A DNA stretch of 64,000 nt from Tubiluchus corallicola (taxonomy: Eukaryota; Animalia; Priapulida), in NCBI GenBank assembly GCA_030141605.1, contig JAQGDQ010000017.1, positions 310,001-374,000 of the forward strand. Reading direction: 5' to 3'. The notes below the pieces were generated by a model. That model was given only the letters and a program-made list of their open reading frames with translations, had not been told where the DNA came from and did not search any database. Position numbers and translations under genes: made by a program. This document shows positions 58,179 to 64,000 of the stretch, in pieces; position 1 is the first letter of the stretch; each line of letters starts with the position of its first letter.

Positions 58179-60051
58179 ATGTCTCAGCATCAACAGCAAC
58201 AACCTCAGTCAGAAAATCACAGCAGTACATGTGACCAGACGCTTCCTGAGGCACCACCCCCATATCCCTCAGAAAATGGTGTAAGTATTCCGAATTTTTG
58301 TTGTCCAGTTGTTTCCATTATACAAAGTTAATAGCAATAAACAAAATATGTAGCAGATATCACCATATTGTTGTTAAGGTTGGATAATTACATGTATTTT
58401 TAGACTATGGTTTAGTTTTTTCGCCTGCCATCTCCTAGTCCTTTCTTCATACATTTCCGTTGAAAGTACAGTGAAAGCCAGAATCCAGCATTCAGCTGCA
58501 GGAGCTACTTAATCTAAATGTAGTCGTGAGGGAACCGGAACCCAACACACAAAATTAGCATAACTCACTAATTTTTAAATAAGATAAAACATGGAACCAG
58601 CAAAGATGTCTTTGTCACGATCGGATGTGCATACATTTCCCAACAAAAGTACCTTCTCTAACTGCTTTTACATCATTAACAGTACCTTTTCTGCCTTTGG
58701 TGATGTGTGAGCTGCTGTAATTGCCTTTAGGGCTCTACCACAGCACTCCCAAGTCATGCAGGCCTATAATAAGTTAATTAGAAGAAGGAAAACATAACAC
58801 TTTGAGCAAAATGATGATTTCTTTTTCAGCATCGTTTTCACCAAAGTCTTGGATCATGCAGCGGGGATTATGTCCTCCATGGTTCTCCCACAGGTGTCCC
58901 AGCAAACCAACCAGGTGTGCCTAATAACCTGGGCATCGCTCTTATTTCGTGCGTTTGTTGTTTCTGCCCTGTTGGGGCTGTGGCGCTATACTATTCTACC
59001 AGAGTATGCTATAATGTTTTTTAAACAATCTAAATCAACCTAACTTAAATGGATTATAATAGACAATTATACTATACTTGCAATTTCAATGATTACTGAA
59101 GACATAACTACAGGAGCAAGCTAGTCTAGATATTAGTTTTTCATCCTTGATGTTTCAAACACATGAGCCTTTTAGCCATATTTCGGTCTATGAACATAGC
59201 TTTTAAAGTTGCCGTTGCTACTGATTCCATGTTGTTGCCGCTGTCATAGTTGACACTGTTTTACTGTTGTTGCTATTGTTTTCGTTGCTGTTATTGCTAT
59301 TGTTGCTGCTGTTGGTGATGCTGTCGATTATCTTAGAAAAAGAACACACATTAATTGGAATGTCACGTTATTTGCACTTGTCTATCTGTCTATTTGTCTG
59401 TCTGCCTATCTCTTTGCGTGTTTGTGTACATAAAGCCAAAGCAGATAAAACTAACACAAGGATAGGCCCAGACAAGGACAGAAAGCACATCAATTGCGGG
59501 TTCAGAAGGTCAAAGGTTATAGCCCCAAAATAAAAAAATGCCCATAAAATCAAAAACGGATGAAACTATAATTACCAAACTTCACACAGGTACAGGCATT
59601 GACAAAACTTGGAAATCCATAGCATTTTGATTAAGAAAAGCTCACAATGTCCAAAAATGTCAAGATACATTTTTAATTTTAGTGACTTCTTTTCAGGGCA
59701 TGGATTTGCCAATGGGTATAGCTATGATGACTCATTCTATAACTATAAGTAGTTTCGCTAACTTTCAACAAAGCTGAAATGTTAGTATATAATGTGAAGA
59801 GTACCGGAAACGCAGACAAGTGTTCTGTGATTGATAGTTCATTCCTATTTTAGGTTGACCAACTCAACGTTGAGAGGCGGTCGGAAGAAGCATGGGCAGC
59901 ATATAAGAAATCTAAACTCTGGTCTGGAATTTCCGTGGGACTTGGAATATCTTCAATATTTTTACTCATTTGCCTCCTCGTGATGAATTCGACCGAAGGA
60001 AATAGAATAATTGCAACTAATAGGACAGACAATGAGATAAAATCACTGTGA
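58179..60051 (+). CDS. CD225/dispanin-family membrane protein (IFITM/PRRT/TMEM233-like), 3 coding exons, ~157 aa; absent from the ORF track
   Basis: Exons 58179-58280, 58830-59003, 59854-60051, joined by phase-0 GT-AG introns. Translation: MSQHQQQQ..APPPYPSENG / ..VPNNLGIALISCVCCFCPVGAVALYYSTR / VDQLNVERRSEEAWAAYKKSKLWSGISVGLGISSIFLLICLLVM..*. This has the CD225 hydrophobic hairpin with CC, the G..A..YS motif and a second TM segment. Confidence 0.88.
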
Positions 60052-61108
60052 CCATTGTGACTGACTTGGAACGAATACACTATATGGAGACACTGTAAAA
60101 GATGATTACAATTGGAATTTAGATGACTGCCATATTAGTGTATAAACACAACTACATTTTACTACTATTTTACACCAACACAAAGAGGTCGACGTCGCTC
60201 ATTTGATAAATCCTGTTAGATTCTGGTGGTCACAATGGGACTAAAGTAAACAGTCAGACAAAAAGACAATCGCTGCAATTGATTTTGCGCAAATCTTTAA
60301 ATCATTCTTGCGGTTACACAATGGCTGGAACAGCGAGAATTAAAGGAAAAGTTTACGGACGACTTAATTTGCTGATCTTAGTTTTGTGCACGTTATACAT
60401 TTAAGAAAAAAATAGCTGCGACAACGGAAAAGGAAACGACATTGCAAAAACATCTTGTTGCAACATTTGACTAAGCTGTTCTGTGCATTGTTTTATTATG
60501 AATTTAATTCATTTGTGTCCCCATTTCATTTTGATTCATTTATTCATATTTGTTTGCTGCAAAATATTTTCTTTGCATTTTCTATCTTGTTTTGAGTATA
60601 GTGTGTAGACTTCCTGTTTTTACAGCACATTTTTATTGAGTAATAATTATTTATTTTTACTCTAGGTAAACCAAGGCACCAAATGATTCAGATATAATTC
60701 AGTTTTGAAGGATTGTCCTTGGAACTAGCTAGATTCCAGTATTCCACAATAATGTATAATAAGCAGGCATTTTTTGTCAAACTGTATACAAATAAATTAA
60801 AAAGACAATAAATGAGGGGACGATTCCATTCTTTCCAACTTTTCTAAAAATGTGCAAAATTGTGACAAGCCCATTTTTGCTTCATATCTAATTTCGCACA
60901 TTTCATGCAATTACAAGTTGCACATGCAGTAATCCCTTCTTATCGGCTATATCACGTATAGTATTTTTTGGTGTAAATGTGTATAGTTTTGTACAGTACA
61001 GTACTGTATGTTATTTATTTCTAACGATAACTTGAACTTACACGTTGGGGAACATTCTTGTTGAATCTATAGGCCTGCATGTATTACGCTGTTTCAGGCT
61101 GTAAATAT

Positions 61109-61385
61109 ATTCGGACGGTGCCCTTCCCGTGATTCCTTGGGTCCACCGTCCAACTCACATATTCGCGTTTCTGCCGAGCCTATAGATGTGCGTCACAGAA
61201 TAAAAAACTGACGTTAACTATCTCTAGGCATATAGGCCTACCATCCCATAGCTTTGTGTCGGGCTGTTGTTCAACTTTCTTAATCAGGTGCTGCCCTTCC
61301 GGCGGTTCCGTTTAGCATTCATCCTGGTGTTCCCGTATAGCGCTGCGGATTCGGGATTCAGCGAGAGGAAAGGCAACATCCGAAT
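61109..61385. other. 277-bp GC-rich foldback element with 20-bp imperfect terminal inverted repeats (MITE or structured RNA)
   Basis: ATTCGGACGGTGCCCTTCCC (61109-61128) pairs with AGGAAAGGCAACATCCGAAT (61366-61385); an internal copy of the TGCCCTTCC motif lies at ~61292. Confidence 0.6.
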
Positions 61386-61448
61386 TGGCAAGTAACAATT
61401 TGAACATAATACATACCACATTTTTTAAATAATTTGACTGCCATTCAC

Positions 61449-61570
61449 GGCGCGTTCAGACTAGCGAGTTTTCTTACCTTTTCTGCCAAGTAATTCGCAA
61501 GCATGTTCAAAGCAGAGAGCAAAACTTGTTGCCAGTTACTCTCCGACAGTAAGCGTGAGCTTGTCTTGAT
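61449..61570 (+). mobile_element. Harbinger-like MITE end
   Basis: Begins GGCGCGTTCAGACTAGCGAG, a PIF/Harbinger-style terminus; homologous to 51290-51560. Confidence 0.6.
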
Positions 61571-63416
61571 ATGCAAATCTTGTTATTTGGTTGCATGGTT
61601 ATAAGGAAGGTTATTTAATGTTATACGTAAAGATAATAAAACTAGATTTAACCTGAAAGCCGTTTAAACTGAATATTTTAAGACTATCATTAAACTTGCT
61701 GCAACTTACTTCTACAAGGACCATAGTTGATTAATAAATAAAAGGACAAAATGCCTGCACTTGCATATCCAGTTTCTAGCAAATTTTTGATGTAAGATTC
61801 CATGAAATTGCGGAACACCCTTCAGGGTACAACATGCCACTGAACTACTACAAAACCAGGCTGATTTTTTACCAGGTTTGATAAGCTTTGCAGGTAAGCA
61901 ATGCAGGCTGTGGCTAGTAAATGGATGGGTGACATGATGCACTTGGAAACTGCTTGGAGATATCATCTGCCATCTTTTCTCTCGGTGACGGAGGGTATTC
62001 CCTCACCCAAACATTGTCATAACTTCTTTAACTAGGCCCGCTGTTAAACATTGAATCCTGGCTTGATAATGGATAAAAAATAACACAGAATAAAACATAA
62101 CAAATTATATTAAGTTGTCGACTTACCTTTAATTTACATTATTTAATACAAGTGCGACTTTCACATGCAATGATATTCCAAGATAACAAATTAACAGATT
62201 GAGAAGATCACTCTAAATTAATCTAGGTCTCAACATCCTAGTTTTTTAACACATCTGACAGAGTTTACAGAGAAAAACAGCACATATATAAGCAGCATAA
62301 TATATACACAACGTAAAGGGCTAAAATCAAGAAATGCATAAGCACTTTTTTACAAACTTTCATCTGGGGCAGATTAAGAGTTTCACGAGCTTTAAGCTAT
62401 CAAAAAAACAAAAGGCCCATACGTATAAGCTACGCACAACTCTACATCCAATTATACTTCACTGCTAGTGCTGGTCCTGAAATTTATTCACATGGGAAAA
62501 TTTGAGCACAAAACTGCATTATAAAAATAAAATATCAGACTAGTGCTTAGGTCAGATTGCAATCAACTTCTTAGAAACGATTATAAATGTTATGAACTTT
62601 GTCTTCCATTTTTATATAGACTTACCAAGAGTTCTTGTCATTACTCGTGACGAATAGAAATCATTTTGTTTGTCATTGATTTTTGCATGGGTTACTCAAG
62701 AAGCGAGTTGCTGTTTATCATTGAGGTTACTTCTGATGAGGAAATGTTGGACAACGAGAGATACGATGCGCATGTCTAAATGTCCTACACTTACAAGTTT
62801 CAAGTTCTTGTGTCTAAATGGCCTATTTGTCCAAATGACCTAAGCCGGATGTTCAAATGTGGGTTTATTTTGTTTACAATATAGGCTCAGTCACTCAAGT
62901 GCTTACTGGCAATACACACACACACAAAAAATAAATATTCTTGTCTTTCACGTGTTCAGTTTAAATAATTTTGTTATCCTGTATAGCATTATCTCTGTTT
63001 TAATTGGTCATCAGCCTCAGGATTTCATGGGCCTATCAAAATTTAGGGTCTAAGGCTATAGCTTTATTAGCCTAATGATTATAGTTCACCTGACCTTGGC
63101 TTTCGTTTGCATTTTTCCGCAGCAATTTCATATGCGTTACGATCCCAATATGGTACTAATACATAAGATTAATGGTAACAGTAAACTGAACATGTAGCTA
63201 TACAGTTAAAAACTTGTGTAATAAAAACATTGCCAAAATATTTTATGACTGCACAGAAAGAAAAACTATTCTCACCAGTATACAATCAAATGTAAAGGCT
63301 TAAAACAAAGACAGGTAGAATAATACGGACATATAAAATGACAAAATAAATAGAAGATCTGAAAATAACATAATTCATTACACCTGATGCTTTACAAAAC
63401 CAACGACTTTGCCAGG

Positions 63417-64000
63417 TCAGTTGTAATCCGGTTCACATTCGGAATGTGAACGCTTACGCCCACGCTTCCATTCCGTACCTGAATCGTCTTTTTCGGCAAG
63501 TGGAGCATCAAAAAACCGATAAAGTGGAGTCAACGTTTCACTTAGTGTATTTTCACTACTCTCGTGTCCTTGTAATTCAACCCGATCTTTACTTTTGTCA
63601 CCATCATTTGACATGTTTTCTTCAATGGACCCATCGTCCAGATCTTGATCACTTTCTAGTGCTTCTAGTAACTCAAGCTTGCTATCCAAATTCTCACTAT
63701 CACCATCACTGTCACTGGTGTCACTATTATCGAGGCTGATTCTGGCTCTGGCTTCCTGCACAAAATCTGGCAGATTGTCTTCATCATCATCATCATCTTC
63801 TCGGTGGATGAGCACAGTTGCATGAGTGGCAATAAAATTGTGAGGACTATTGTCTAGAGTTCCATCATGACGGGTTCTATAAGCGCTGAATCTAACTTTT
63901 GTACCAATCTCAAGTTGCGACAACGGCATCTGAGTCAGTAAATGAGCAGGCACTTTTACCCGGGATTCAACTCCTTGTTCCGACTTGTAATATAGGAAAG
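63417..64000 (-). CDS. Last coding exon (5'-partial) of an unidentified gene: possible OB/cold-shock-like beta domain followed by an acidic tail and a basic NLS-like motif
   Basis: The frame is open from the window edge (FLYYKSEQGVESRVKVPAHLL..LEIGTKVRFSAY..FIATHATVL) through a D/E-rich region to KRGRKRS and a TGA. GC content is coding-like relative to the flanks. Confidence 0.7.
   Translation of the reverse strand, partial: FLYYKSEQGVESRVKVPAHLLTQMPLSQLEIGTKVRFSAYRTRHDGTLDNSPHNFIATHATVLIHREDDDDDEDNLPDFVQEARARISLDNSDTSDSDGDSENLDSKLELLEALESDQDLDDGSIEENMSNDGDKSKDRVELQGHESSENTLSETLTPLYRFFDAPLAEKDDSGTEWKRGRKRSHSECEPDYN

Noticed and set aside
61109-61385. 7SK, SECIS, RNase P, or HDV/hammerhead ribozyme
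   Set aside because: No GAUC motifs or terminal U-run for 7SK; SECIS helix II does not pair; RNase P CR-I and ribozyme cores were not found.
61712-62070. Further coding exon of the right-edge gene
   Set aside because: Candidate frames are interrupted by stops, and the 63417 exon already ends in a stop codon.

Overview
AT-rich invertebrate animal genomic DNA with GT-AG introns; the species cannot be determined from the sequence. I reconstructed the exons by hand. In order: the T-rich 3' end of an off-window plus-strand gene (1-2.5 kb); a 9-exon PPM1H/J-type PP2C phosphatase (-); a 17-exon Drp1/DNM1L (-) head-to-head with a 5-exon ETAA1-like ATR activator (+); a single-coding-exon C2H2 zinc-finger gene (-); an intronless DXO/Dom3Z CDS (-); a 3-exon CD225/dispanin gene (+); and the last coding exon of a gene running off the right edge (-). 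Introns and UTRs contain many MITEs (hAT, Kolobok/T2, pogo, Harbinger-like), LINE remnants and microsatellites. Most notable: (1) the DXO CDS sits on an exon with a splice donor 25 nt after its stop, facing the zinc-finger exon's acceptor, which suggests a bicistronic or cassette-exon DXO/ZF transcription unit; (2) the ZF coding exon is bracketed by two inverted Kolobok-type MITEs; (3) an invertebrate ETAA1. All coordinates were read by eye; no alignments or database searches were run.
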